IMG/VR virus record: IMGVR_UViG_3300037590_000132
Location: 1-54,419 of that record
Strand: one strand, 5' to 3'
DNA: 54,419 nt
DNA from: a virus
Lineage: Duplodnaviria; Caudoviricetes
Made by a program: the position numbers and the translations under genes. Below, piece by piece: positions 19,259-28,670 of the stretch. The first letter of the stretch is position 1. Each line of letters opens with the position of its first letter. The notes under the pieces were generated by a model that was not told where the DNA came from, made no database searches, and worked only from the letters and a program-made list of their open reading frames with translations.

Positions 19259-20128
19259 TCATCCTCGATTGGGATTTCCTCTATTCGGTCCCCCGCGGTC
19301 TGGGCCACCGCGACTGAACGTTTGAGGTGAAAGAGTGTTTCGGCGAAACCCGCGTCGGCCGATGCCAATGTTGGGAACCGCTCTGGCTTTGAATCCTACC
19401 GGAGTCGCCTTGCGAGGTACATACTCGCCACTGACGTGAACCAATCGGTATTGCTGCTGATGACCGTGCACTGTCCCGCGAATCCGAAACTGATCCCATA
19501 CAGCACCGCCAGCAGACACCGCTGACATTTTCTGGAAATCATTCGCCTTGCGAACGGAAACATCATAGTAGGCATACGTTGGGCCCGGAGACTCAACTTT
19601 CTTGCCGTCAACTTCTGCCAGGAATGTGACGTACATGATTCCGGAGCGTCGCGATTCTCGCTCGAAGAAATATCCCCAAACGTTCGATGATCCTGGCGTC
19701 CGCCGCATCGAATCCATGACGGCCGCGAAGTCGTCGGCGTGATAACCAACGTCGCGACCAAGAAGCTGGATTTCGTCGAATTCTTCGCTGTCGTCAGGTT
19801 CCGTCCCTGGCCAGATTTTTCGCAAGTCAACTGGCGGAGGCTCGACTGGCGGTTTTGCCCCGGGTGGCTGCGTCCATGGGCGTTGACCGCCAGGTGGTTG
19901 CCATGGCCTTGGGGGCGGTGTTGGCGGCTTGGCACCCGAGCTGTCTGATTCACTATCTTCATTGTCGCCCGTGACGACTTTGCGAAACCGATCAAGGAGC
20001 GATCGTGCTCGGTTGTAGGATCCAGGCTGGCGGCGAACTTCTTCATCAGCGTCGCGATAGTTTCGCTGCCGTCGATTGCGAACGTATTCACTCGCCGCTC
20101 GAGCGAGTCCAAACAGCCTGGATGCCAT
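19259..20128 (-). CDS. KTSC-like domain protein with an RG-rich tail
   Basis: SSNV.GY...MYVTF...YAYYDV...SAG pattern; C-terminal RGGPDRGGPNRGNPNRG. Confidence 0.6.
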   Translation of the reverse strand: MASRLFGLARAASEYVRNRRQRNYRDADEEVRRQPGSYNRARSLLDRFRKVVTGDNEDSESDSSGAKPPTPPPRPWQPPGGQRPWTQPPGAKPPVEPPPVDLRKIWPGTEPDDSEEFDEIQLLGRDVGYHADDFAAVMDSMRRTPGSSNVWGYFFERESRRSGIMYVTFLAEVDGKKVESPGPTYAYYDVSVRKANDFQKMSAVSAGGAVWDQFRIRGTVHGHQQQYRLVHVSGEYVPRKATPVGFKARAVPNIGIGRRGFRRNTLSPQTFSRGGPDRGGPNRGNPNRG

Positions 20129-20130
20129 GA

Positions 20131-20589
20131 TCAGTCTTTCTTGAGGTTGCTTCGCTGGCGACCAACTTGGCTGGCGATGACTTGGACGCCCTGTTTATCC
20201 AAAGCATCAATCACTTCTGCGTTGCCAGCGTCTGGATGTTCTGAAAGGTAGTCACGAATGTGTTGGGCTTCGGATTTGGGTTTGCCACTGGACTCCTCTT
20301 CGTCGGCATCTTCTTTTTCGAGTGCTTCTTTGAATTCGGGATCGTTTTCTTTGCGGTTTTCAATCCGTTCCTCGAAATCGATCGCGATTGGATTCCCTTC
20401 ATCGTCCACCGAGTTATCGTCGGTTGTTGGCCAATCGCAGATGACGCCCTTTCGTTCAAGCTCATCTGGCATCATTCGTTCGGCGATTTCGTTGGGCCAA
20501 GCAATCGAGTGCATTTTCCGACCGCTCCGCTCAATAAAAAAACCAACTCCAATGGTTCCATCGCTTTTCTTGTACGTGTTGTGAGTCAT
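20131..20589 (-). CDS. Hypothetical protein, possible C-terminal HTH
   Basis: Coupled ORF containing IRDYLSEHPDA.NAEVIDAL. Confidence 0.6.
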   Translation of the reverse strand: MTHNTYKKSDGTIGVGFFIERSGRKMHSIAWPNEIAERMMPDELERKGVICDWPTTDDNSVDDEGNPIAIDFEERIENRKENDPEFKEALEKEDADEEESSGKPKSEAQHIRDYLSEHPDAGNAEVIDALDKQGVQVIASQVGRQRSNLKKD

Positions 20590-22082
20590 CGTCTTCGTTC
20601 TCCCATGCCGAACAGTCGGCGAGTTTGAGCACGTTGCAGTGCCGCCAGTGCCCCGAAACGTTCGGGATGCGACTTTGCGTGTGATTTGGTTGCCGGTGGG
20701 CGGGCCGCGAAGATCTTACCTTTCAGGCGATTGAACGCGCCCGAGGCTGCGTCAACTTGGTCAGCTTGCGATGATTCAGGAAACGCAACGAGCTCTTCGA
20801 TGAAGTCTGAATTCCAAGATCCACGAACCAAGTGAACGTTTCCTGCTTCAGCCTGCCCTGCCAATGGCATTGCTCTTGTGATCTTGGCTTCACCTGGAAG
20901 AGAAACGCTTCCATCCATCCGTCGCTGTTTGCCGCCAACAATATCACGCTGAACCGCGAACCTGCCAAGGTTGGTGATCATCTGGTGCATCACTTCTTTG
21001 CCGCCTGATCCACCTTCTTGTTCTGCCACAATCACGACTTCACCTTGGTACCGACGCTGGTCCAATTCCGCTGTCTGCTCAATGATGACATCGCGTTCGT
21101 GATAGCTGTATTGCCCTCGCACAACATCTTCGATGTACACCATTCCGCGTGGGTCCAGTGCCATCAGCAAACCGGCTGTAAACGATCCGGCGCCGGCCGT
21201 TGCGGCTTTGTCCCAGTATCGAACACGTAACGCATCACGAGGGGCTTCGTCGACCAAGTGGAACCAACCACGACTGAACATCAAACCTGCGATGTCCAGG
21301 AATTCACCTTCCAATTCCTGTTCGGCAAGCCGCGATGACATGTTGCCGCGAAGCGTGTCGTAAAACTCTGGAGGGTTGAATGGGTTATCGCGGCTTGTAG
21401 CGTGGATCAACTGCGTGTTTGGTTTCGGTCGATACGGTTTTCCGCCGATCCAGACGATGCCATCTACTGAGCATCCATCGGTTCCGAGAATACGCTCGTC
21501 GATCGTTTCGAACAGGACATCAAACGTCCAATTCGTTTTTCCCTTGGGTGTGAACGTTGCAAGACATGGCCCCATTCTCCCTCGCCATCGAAGTGTGGGG
21601 ATCGCGTCCAAAAACACATCCTTGTGTTGCAAGCTCGCTTCATCGATCCACAACCCTGCCTTGTTTGATCCGTGAAGCTTTTTGGGCTTTTCGCCTGATC
21701 GAAACACAACTTCCGCTTGGCCACCATCGCGAGTTCGAAACTTCACCCGCGGGTAAGGTGACAGTTTGTGATCGACATAGCATCCAAGCAGGCGAGACAC
21801 TTCCAGGAACGTTGGTAGCGTGGTTTCTGTGACGACGCCTGAGTCGGGGGAAACCGCCATCCATGGATCACCATCCTTGGCGTGCTTGCAGATGAAATGA
21901 GCACCCACACGAGTTTTGCCAGCACCGCGTCCAGCACAAAAAGCGGTCAACCAATCTTCGCTGGATAGAAAACTGGCTTGCTTGGCGGTCACTGGCACGG
22001 GGCGAACTGTCATCGCACCCATGAGGTTTTCGCCTCCGAGAATTGTGAGCAAGCAGAACGCAAGTGAACCCAAACCATTCAT
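20586..22082 (-). CDS. terL: Terminase large subunit
   Basis: Walker A AGRGAGKT, Walker B WIDEA, nuclease motifs YWDKA and DQVDA. Confidence 0.95.
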   Translation of the reverse strand: MNGLGSLAFCLLTILGGENLMGAMTVRPVPVTAKQASFLSSEDWLTAFCAGRGAGKTRVGAHFICKHAKDGDPWMAVSPDSGVVTETTLPTFLEVSRLLGCYVDHKLSPYPRVKFRTRDGGQAEVVFRSGEKPKKLHGSNKAGLWIDEASLQHKDVFLDAIPTLRWRGRMGPCLATFTPKGKTNWTFDVLFETIDERILGTDGCSVDGIVWIGGKPYRPKPNTQLIHATSRDNPFNPPEFYDTLRGNMSSRLAEQELEGEFLDIAGLMFSRGWFHLVDEAPRDALRVRYWDKAATAGAGSFTAGLLMALDPRGMVYIEDVVRGQYSYHERDVIIEQTAELDQRRYQGEVVIVAEQEGGSGGKEVMHQMITNLGRFAVQRDIVGGKQRRMDGSVSLPGEAKITRAMPLAGQAEAGNVHLVRGSWNSDFIEELVAFPESSQADQVDAASGAFNRLKGKIFAARPPATKSHAKSHPERFGALAALQRAQTRRLFGMGERRR

Positions 22083-22672
22083 GCGGGCTTCGTTTGTTTT
22101 TGGAATTCTTCGAGAGAGTAGATTTTCTCGAATTGTTCCTTTTCTTTTGCGTTGTTGATGACGATTTCGACTGCGTTTACGGTGACGGAATTATTCTCTG
22201 TCACATCGGAATCAAGCATGCCGAGAATTTGACATTCAGTTCGCAGGATGGACTCCAGTCGCTGCAGAAAACGAGGGTCGCCAGCGGTTGTTTTTCGCTT
22301 TCTTCCACGTCGTTCGAAATTCCCATCCTTGGTTTCATTCGATTCTTTGCTGATGATCGATTCGGGTCGAAGGCTTCGCTTCCATCCTTCCCATGCTGCT
22401 GCACGAATCGCGTTCAATTCAGCCAGTTTTTCTGGTAATCGCTCTTCGTATGTCTTGGCTGCTTCAGACTTCCATTCTTTGCGAGCCCGCATTAAATCTT
22501 TCGAAACGGTATGAACAGAAACACCGATCTCACGACCGATCTGACGCATCGATGACCCCTGAAGGAACATCGTTGCAACGCGTGCTTGTCGTTCCTCGCT
22601 GATCACAGTCATGTGCAGGTTCTTGGCGTGAGTCGGCTTGCGATTGATTCTGTCGAGAGTTTCTTGGTCCAT
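22079..22672 (-). CDS. Putative terminase small subunit
   Basis: N-terminal HTH (SMRQIGREIGVSVHTVSKDL), directly upstream of terL. Confidence 0.75.
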   Translation of the reverse strand: MDQETLDRINRKPTHAKNLHMTVISEERQARVATMFLQGSSMRQIGREIGVSVHTVSKDLMRARKEWKSEAAKTYEERLPEKLAELNAIRAAAWEGWKRSLRPESIISKESNETKDGNFERRGRKRKTTAGDPRFLQRLESILRTECQILGMLDSDVTENNSVTVNAVEIVINNAKEKEQFEKIYSLEEFQKQTKPA

Positions 22673-22680
22673 GGGCTACT

Positions 22681-23676
22681 TCAAGCGACTTCTTCGCCTT
22701 CCTTTTCGAATTGCTTGATCAGTGCATTGACCTTCTGCCACGAGAGTCCCGGATGGTCCACCGACAAAGCCTCTGCGATTTCGACGGGTTTCAGTCCGTC
22801 GATCGCACAAGCCAAAATTCGATCTTCCATCGACTCAATGTCGGGGTGCGACTTGGGGTGCAAGTCGATTTGACGCTTTGCCAATTCGTTTTTCTCGTTG
22901 TCGCTCATGTCTTGAGGTTTGATGATGCGACCGTTCAGCGGCAATTTGTTTTCCATGGCATACCGCTCCACTTCTTCGACCGACATCGCTTTCATCCTGG
23001 CAATTTGCTCGGCAGGAACGTTTTGGCCAATCAAGTCATCAATCGGAGTCGGATCGATGCGACGCTCGCGGGGTTGATGAATTTCAGCAACTGGCTGGTA
23101 GTCGATTGGAACGCGACTGGACCACCGTTCGTTGATTTCACGCTGTATTCTTGCGAAGTGTGGTGGAACCCAAGTTTTCGGATCAAAGTGAGTTCCTGGT
23201 TTTTCTTTTTCCTCAGACAGTGCCGCCAAGTCGGGTTGGCCATCAGATTTCAAAAACCCATATGTTTTGCAGATTTGATCGTCGCTGGTTCCGATTGCCA
23301 TCAAGTCTCGGATGCTATCGGGCAAGACACGCTGTCGTTCACCACACTTTTCACGAACAACGGCAAGTGCGGTCCGAAGTTGCGACGTTCCTGACGGGTG
23401 GACCGTGTCTGGTGCGATGTCAATTGCCTCTGCCCAAGCTTGAAACTCGATGGCAACTTGATCAATCGCCATCAACAAATCGCGTGCGTCATCTGCGACA
23501 TCGGTTTGCGACGAGAGCGAACACAAGTCATCCAAGGCCGATTCAACCGCTCGACTCATCTGTTTGACGACCATGCCACGCCAGTTCGTATTGGGGCTAT
23601 CGCTGGCATCCCAGTCTTTCAAGACTTCGTTTGTGCGAACAACTGCTTTCAAAACATCCGTTCGGGTGAGTGCCAT
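22681..23676 (-). CDS. Hypothetical protein with HTH-like repeats
   Basis: 331 aa ORF; segments such as PAEQIARM..MSVEEV and KPVEIAEAL. Confidence 0.55.
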   Translation of the reverse strand: MALTRTDVLKAVVRTNEVLKDWDASDSPNTNWRGMVVKQMSRAVESALDDLCSLSSQTDVADDARDLLMAIDQVAIEFQAWAEAIDIAPDTVHPSGTSQLRTALAVVREKCGERQRVLPDSIRDLMAIGTSDDQICKTYGFLKSDGQPDLAALSEEKEKPGTHFDPKTWVPPHFARIQREINERWSSRVPIDYQPVAEIHQPRERRIDPTPIDDLIGQNVPAEQIARMKAMSVEEVERYAMENKLPLNGRIIKPQDMSDNEKNELAKRQIDLHPKSHPDIESMEDRILACAIDGLKPVEIAEALSVDHPGLSWQKVNALIKQFEKEGEEVA

Positions 23677-23731
23677 TGGTGATTCCTAATTCGATTCGTG
23701 GTTGGTTCGTGAATTGACTAATTGATGGGCG

Positions 23732-24217
23732 TCACTTGCGATCGTCGCCGATTAGATGGTTTCTTGCTTCTTTGATTGCGATGGTCGCCATGTCATCTTC
23801 ACCGCGGGCTTTCGCTTCACTGGCGTCGATGACGCTAATGATTGCTCGACGGTCTCGCTTTTGAGCGTTTCGAAGCTCAATCAAAGCGACGTCCGTGTTC
23901 TCGGCACACTTGGCCATGATCTCGGTCGCTCTCGACGTTCGATCAAGCGATGCACTCATTGCGTCAAGTTGATCAGCGTTTCGAAGTGCCATGTCACGAT
24001 GAAACTGGTTTTGCTCGTCGTATCGCTTTTTGTCTTCTTCGTCCCGCTTGGCGTCTCGATCAGCGGCTTCGCGACGATCTTTTTGCTGCTGGAACATCAC
24101 CCAGATCATGCCTGCAACCAGAACCAGTGCGGCGACAAAGACTTCGCTTTTCCCCTTTACAACTTCGACGCCAACTTCCGCTGCTGCATCTACAGACATT
24201 AAAAACATCATGGACAT
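23732..24217 (-). CDS. Single-TM coiled-coil membrane protein (holin-like?)
   Basis: VFVAALVLVAGMIWVMF followed by a charged coiled coil. Confidence 0.55.
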   Translation of the reverse strand: MSMMFLMSVDAAAEVGVEVVKGKSEVFVAALVLVAGMIWVMFQQQKDRREAADRDAKRDEEDKKRYDEQNQFHRDMALRNADQLDAMSASLDRTSRATEIMAKCAENTDVALIELRNAQKRDRRAIISVIDASEAKARGEDDMATIAIKEARNHLIGDDRK

Positions 24218-24588
24218 GTTGGCGATCCTCCCATTGCGAAGCGTCGCAAGTCGTTTGCGAGCCGTTTGATTTGTTCGGTCGAAAGCGTTTTCCGTGCATT
24301 GATCGCAGCTTGGATGGTCGCTTTTTCTTTACTGATTTCACCTTCGTTTCCGCCGCTGAATCCGATAATTCGGGTTCCAGAAAACGTTCGGCAAAGCTTA
24401 ATGACGTCGATCGGTCGGAATGCTTCAAGTGGCATATTCACATCGCAAAAAACGATGTCGTAAGAATCTTCCTGATCGATGTCAGCAAGATTCCGTATCG
24501 TGTGCACTTCGTGATCACCGAACCACTGACGAAACGTTTCGAGGTCCGCTTCGTCGTCGTCGATGAACAAAAGACGCAGTGGGGCCAT
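24208..24588 (-). CDS. Stand-alone response regulator receiver domain
   Basis: LLFIDDD, DIVFCDVNMP (phosphoacceptor Asp), IIGFSG, ISK. Confidence 0.85.
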   Translation of the reverse strand: MAPLRLLFIDDDEADLETFRQWFGDHEVHTIRNLADIDQEDSYDIVFCDVNMPLEAFRPIDVIKLCRTFSGTRIIGFSGGNEGEISKEKATIQAAINARKTLSTEQIKRLANDLRRFAMGGSPTCP

Positions 24589-24593
24589 GTCGA

Positions 24594-25451
24594 TCACCGC
24601 AAAACAGAAATGATTTGCGAGTAACTGGCCGCACCTTTCAGCCGAACACAGCTTTCGCTGTCTTTGCAAACGTCGATGATCGGTGCTGATCCACTCTGGA
24701 TGTCAGCAATTTGAGTAACCATGACTCCATCTGCTTGCAGCTTTGGTGCCACGTTTGTTTTCCACGATTCGCACGCGGGGCAATGCGAGCCGTCGGCGAA
24801 CGTGTGGATGGTGACCTTGGTTCCTGCAAAGTTCTTGAACGGAGTGGCAAACCTGCTGGCGATTCGGTCTCTCGCTCGAACGTTCGTTGGCGGGACTGAT
24901 TCAAACACGGATCCGCCGGTTGATCCGCTTCCGTAGTAGCCACTCGATGATGTTGACTGCAAACCGCCACCGCTGGATTGATAATTTCCAGCGGTCATCG
25001 AAACCGCTCCGCCCGAACTGTTGCCGGATTGCACGCCTCGCATCTGTTGGAAGTCAACTTGTCGCTGAATCTGATATTCATCAGCCGCGATCCGCCGAAC
25101 GTCCTCTTCGGTCAACCCATCGCATCCGCAATCGCATTCGTTCGCGTTGTAGCCGCTCGGATCAGGACGGAACGATCCGAAGCCTTCCGCGGCCTTTCGC
25201 TGCTCTTCGGCGGCGACCTTCAACCTGGCAGCATCCGCAGTCAGTTCTTTCGCGATCTCTCGCAATTCGTCCGTCTCTGACGAACCGACGGGCGTAGGAA
25301 TATCTTCGGTCGCCGCTTGCTCGAACGCAGGACGCTCGACAACCAGGATGGTGCCATTGTCCGTCGGCTGGCTGGCTGGCTGCGACTGAAACGAATTGAT
25401 CCCGCCTGCGATCGCAAGAATCAAAACGGGAAGGATTTTGAGGGTGTCCAT
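24594..25451 (-). CDS. Secreted protein with a C-terminal thioredoxin-like CxxC domain
   Basis: Signal peptide, Gly/Ser linker, HCPACESWK. Confidence 0.7.
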   Translation of the reverse strand: MDTLKILPVLILAIAGGINSFQSQPASQPTDNGTILVVERPAFEQAATEDIPTPVGSSETDELREIAKELTADAARLKVAAEEQRKAAEGFGSFRPDPSGYNANECDCGCDGLTEEDVRRIAADEYQIQRQVDFQQMRGVQSGNSSGGAVSMTAGNYQSSGGGLQSTSSSGYYGSGSTGGSVFESVPPTNVRARDRIASRFATPFKNFAGTKVTIHTFADGSHCPACESWKTNVAPKLQADGVMVTQIADIQSGSAPIIDVCKDSESCVRLKGAASYSQIISVLR

Positions 25452-25453
25452 CT

Positions 25454-25867
25454 CTACTCCAAGATTGGAAGGCCATCTTCGGTGACTGTCTGCTTCCCTT
25501 CCAACGTTTGGCGGGCTTGCATCAGATAAGCGAGTGCTTGTGCGTTGACGTTGCTCGAAAGCTCGTCAGTGTCTTGTTCGTACTGGATCCGCGCGATCGT
25601 CGCGTTGATTGCATCCAAGGGACGTGCTCCGCGAAATGGATCGGCGTCCCACTGAATTGTGAAGTGCTGACCAACGGTGATGGTTTGAAAACCTTCTTGC
25701 GATGGGATTGGCATCGACGCCCCGAAACCATTTTGTTTGTCATCAAGTTGCATGGGATCAATCACTGCCGGCTGGCACAGCGAAACCACCGCGACAACAG
25801 AAGCCAACACGGAAGCAACTCCGCAAGCGACAAATATTTGTTCGCTTTTGTTCATTGGGGAACTCAT
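25454..25867 (-). CDS. Membrane-anchored protein with a helical hairpin domain
   Basis: N-terminal TM segment; FTIQW...GA...I.A.IARIQY.Q...N..AL..L..A. Confidence 0.5.
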   Translation of the reverse strand: MSSPMNKSEQIFVACGVASVLASVVAVVSLCQPAVIDPMQLDDKQNGFGASMPIPSQEGFQTITVGQHFTIQWDADPFRGARPLDAINATIARIQYEQDTDELSSNVNAQALAYLMQARQTLEGKQTVTEDGLPILE

Positions 25868-26694
25868 CCGACTGCCACCCGTGGTTTGACGCTGACGATT
25901 GCCAATTGCTCGAATGCGGTCGCCTTCGATTCAGCGAGTACGCCGCATCCTTCTTTTCCGTACTTGATCGTCCAACTGTTGACGAACTTGATTCCGAACT
26001 TGCCGGGAGAAATCATCACGATCTTGACGCCGTAAACGAGGTGATCCCACCAAGCGAGACCCATCGTCGCCGGGCATGGTCGCTCCGGATCCAGGATGCA
26101 AGACGCCAGTGCATCGAAGTTGTTTCGCTCGAGTTCTTCAACGACGATCGCGTCGTGCATCTTTGCCGAAAGCTCGACTTCGTGATTCTCGACCAGCGAT
26201 CCGTTCTTGACGTTTTCGGGCCAAGCAGCTTCTTCCGGCATTCCCCATTTGTTGACGTACTTTTTCGCTTCACCGCCGAATCCGCCGACGTTGCGTCCGC
26301 CTTTGCCCAACCAGGCTGGCATGAACGGATTGAGCCGCAGGCCTTTGATGCCCATCTGAGCGTAGGCGGTGTTCATCGCACCACCGAAGCCGTACATCCA
26401 GCAATAGCCCCAGTTGGCTTGATTCATCACCGGAACGCCGGCGTGAATGCGATGATGGTCTGGTGATGATTTGTTCTCTTCGTGATGGCGGATCAGATCC
26501 GGCCATTCTTTCCGAGGAATGATCGATCGACTGAACGGCGAACCGAAGCCGGTCTTTACCTCCGAAGATTCGAAACCGGACCGAAACGGGTTGCGGTCAT
26601 CGTCGAAGACTTTGACGAAATCGCTGGCGTTGGAATCGTCGATGACTGGCAGTTTTTGGCCATCTTCGACCATTCCGAATTCGGTAACGTTCAT
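25864..26694 (-). CDS. Papain-like (C1) cysteine peptidase
   Basis: NQANWGYCW (Gln/Cys), WWDHLV (His), FVNSW...YG..G (Asn). Confidence 0.9.
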   Translation of the reverse strand: MNVTEFGMVEDGQKLPVIDDSNASDFVKVFDDDRNPFRSGFESSEVKTGFGSPFSRSIIPRKEWPDLIRHHEENKSSPDHHRIHAGVPVMNQANWGYCWMYGFGGAMNTAYAQMGIKGLRLNPFMPAWLGKGGRNVGGFGGEAKKYVNKWGMPEEAAWPENVKNGSLVENHEVELSAKMHDAIVVEELERNNFDALASCILDPERPCPATMGLAWWDHLVYGVKIVMISPGKFGIKFVNSWTIKYGKEGCGVLAESKATAFEQLAIVSVKPRVAVG

Positions 26695-27194
26695 CGCTCG
26701 GTTTCCAGTGCGGATTTGAAATCGTCGTGAGTCTCTGGCAATGGACCAGTGACCAATCGCCCGTCGTTGAGCGTCGTCAGAGATGGAGCGGCCGCCGCGT
26801 TGTCGCGGATCTTCTTCCAGATGGGTTCGGCTGTTTCAAGCTTGTCATCGACGTCCAAACGTCGGAACGCGAAGCCGGCAGCTTCGGCTGATTCATCGCT
26901 GATCGATGACGTCAAGACATTCTTTTGGCCGTCAGTCAGATCCTTTTGCCCCGCTTCGCTCTTGTCTTGTAGGATCATCGCGAACTTTCCGGCTTCATCG
27001 ATGACGATCGAATCATCATCCGGCGATGGACCGGGAATCGGCGAACAGCCTTGGTTGCTCATGAACATCCAGACGAGTGCACAAGCCAAAACGATCACAA
27101 TCCAATTGACCTTCGGTCCTGGCTGGTTCGCCGCAGCTTGATACTGCGGCCATGACGTTGGCGCCGTTGAATCGGCAAAGATATCGACGCTCAT
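26691..27194 (-). CDS. Membrane/lipoprotein-like protein
   Basis: ATGA-coupled start at 27194; WIVIVLACALVWMF...GC followed by a Pro-rich linker. Confidence 0.65.
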   Translation of the reverse strand: MSVDIFADSTAPTSWPQYQAAANQPGPKVNWIVIVLACALVWMFMSNQGCSPIPGPSPDDDSIVIDEAGKFAMILQDKSEAGQKDLTDGQKNVLTSSISDESAEAAGFAFRRLDVDDKLETAEPIWKKIRDNAAAAPSLTTLNDGRLVTGPLPETHDDFKSALETER

Positions 27195-27811
27195 TTGGTA
27201 GTGCTCGTTGAACGCGAACGGGAACGTGTGGTTTTCGCGGGTGCCTTCTCCTTGGCCGCCAACTTGGCTTGCAGTTCCGCGACCTGTTTCTCGAGCTCTT
27301 CCGGAGAAGGCGGGAACATGTCGGGATGATGATCTTCCAAGCGGATCAATCTTGATTCGAAGCCTGAAAGCAGTTCGTTGAGCTTCGCTGGGTCGATCGA
27401 CTTGGTCGTCTCCACCGGAAGCGTCACCGAAGAGGATCGTCTTCCAGACAAGCTTGCACGTGTGCCAGCCATCCAATCGCCAGCTCCAGCGAACACGGGC
27501 CCAACGTTGCCGCGGATGAACTTGACCAACGCGAAGAAGCAGATGCCAACCAAGCCGATGGCATCGAGAAGGAACGGCAGAAGGCCGTATGGTGATCCGA
27601 ATCCAGCTTCTGGAACTGGTCGGCCCATCGCGTTGAATGCGAACGCCGAAAACCATCCAGCCGAGAAGGCCTTGATCGAAACGGTAATGACGATCGCACC
27701 AACGATGATCTGTGCCGCCTTGTTGAACGAAAGGGTGTCAACCAGGCCGGGTGCTTTCATCTGGTGATCGACGGTCCCTGTTACGTTCACGGTTTGCTGA
27801 GGTTGGTTCAT
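27191..27811 (-). CDS. Two-TM membrane protein with a coiled coil
   Basis: Two hydrophobic helices and a basic tail. Confidence 0.65.
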   Translation of the reverse strand: MNQPQQTVNVTGTVDHQMKAPGLVDTLSFNKAAQIIVGAIVITVSIKAFSAGWFSAFAFNAMGRPVPEAGFGSPYGLLPFLLDAIGLVGICFFALVKFIRGNVGPVFAGAGDWMAGTRASLSGRRSSSVTLPVETTKSIDPAKLNELLSGFESRLIRLEDHHPDMFPPSPEELEKQVAELQAKLAAKEKAPAKTTRSRSRSTSTTK

Positions 27812-28074
27812 GATCCAGGTTCCCCTTCCAGGAATCCGCCACTTGGAATGGTGGCAAATCGGTTTTTGATCCAGTAAGCAATCAATTCGATTGCGAGCTT
27901 GATGGCGACACCGATCAAGATCGATCCGATGATCGAATTCATCGACGAACGAACAGCGTGTTCGGCCCTTGAGCGAGCGACCGCAGGATCGTCCGTGCTC
28001 GCGAATGCCTTTCGAGCAAGTTCACGAACTTGCAGTCTTCGTCGCGATCCAAGCAGTCGGTATGACGATTTCAA
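27808..28074 (-). CDS. Small membrane protein
   Basis: GAGGA RBS and TTG at 28074; IIGSILIGVAIKLAIELIAYW. Confidence 0.6.
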   Translation of the reverse strand: MKSSYRLLGSRRRLQVRELARKAFASTDDPAVARSRAEHAVRSSMNSIIGSILIGVAIKLAIELIAYWIKNRFATIPSGGFLEGEPGS

Positions 28075-28087
28075 AACAGTCGTCCTC

Positions 28088-28145
28088 AAACGAAAAAAGC
28101 CCCTCCGAGAATTGATCTCGAAGGGGCTCCGGTGGTCGGTTGCCG
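28088..28145 (-). terminator. Late-motif copy A plus terminator, at the head of the late region
   Basis: GGC-AA-CCG-ACCAC-CGG-AGCCCCTTCGAGA...TCTCGGAGGGGCT-TTTTTCGTTT. Confidence 0.85.
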
Positions 28146-28211
28146 CGTAATTCTTTTTGCAGACGCGAGTTCTTACAAAACTCGTTCCGTTGAGCGGATA
28201 TTACGAGCGGT

Positions 28212-28670
28212 TCATTCGATTGTCAAATCATCTCGCTTCGTTTTTGACAGCCAGGGTTTTGGGATTCCGTCAACTTCTTGTCGGCAGGTTCGGCATTTCA
28301 TCACAACGCTTCCGTCGCTGAACCAGATTTCGCTGTGCCACTGCGATCGGCAGTTTTCACAAACTGGCGACATCGCATTCCACCAAAAGAATCCCGTTTC
28401 GGTGACGACCGACGAATTCATTTCATCACGAACTGAATCTCGGTTTTCTGTTTCGCTGAATCTTTCATTCGCATCACTTGCGTTTTCGTTTGGTTGAATT
28501 TCAGCAATGACGAATTCGTTTGGCGGAGGCTGGCAATCAACGCACCTCCATTCGTTCGAATGATGCGGTCGCCAAAACTTTCCGCCAAAGCAGTCCTCGC
28601 AGAATGCTGGAAGCGAAATTTCGGTTTCAATTCGCTTTCGCGAAAACTTTTGCTTGATTGAATCAATCAT
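28212..28670 (-). CDS. Double zinc-ribbon protein
   Basis: Four CxxC motifs: CEDC, CVDC, CENC, CRTC. Confidence 0.6.
   Translation of the reverse strand: MIDSIKQKFSRKRIETEISLPAFCEDCFGGKFWRPHHSNEWRCVDCQPPPNEFVIAEIQPNENASDANERFSETENRDSVRDEMNSSVVTETGFFWWNAMSPVCENCRSQWHSEIWFSDGSVVMKCRTCRQEVDGIPKPWLSKTKRDDLTIE

Noticed and set aside
27195-27656. N-terminal extension of the 321-aa ORF
   Set aside because: It overlaps the two-TM gene; the ATGA-coupled start at 27194 is more plausible.
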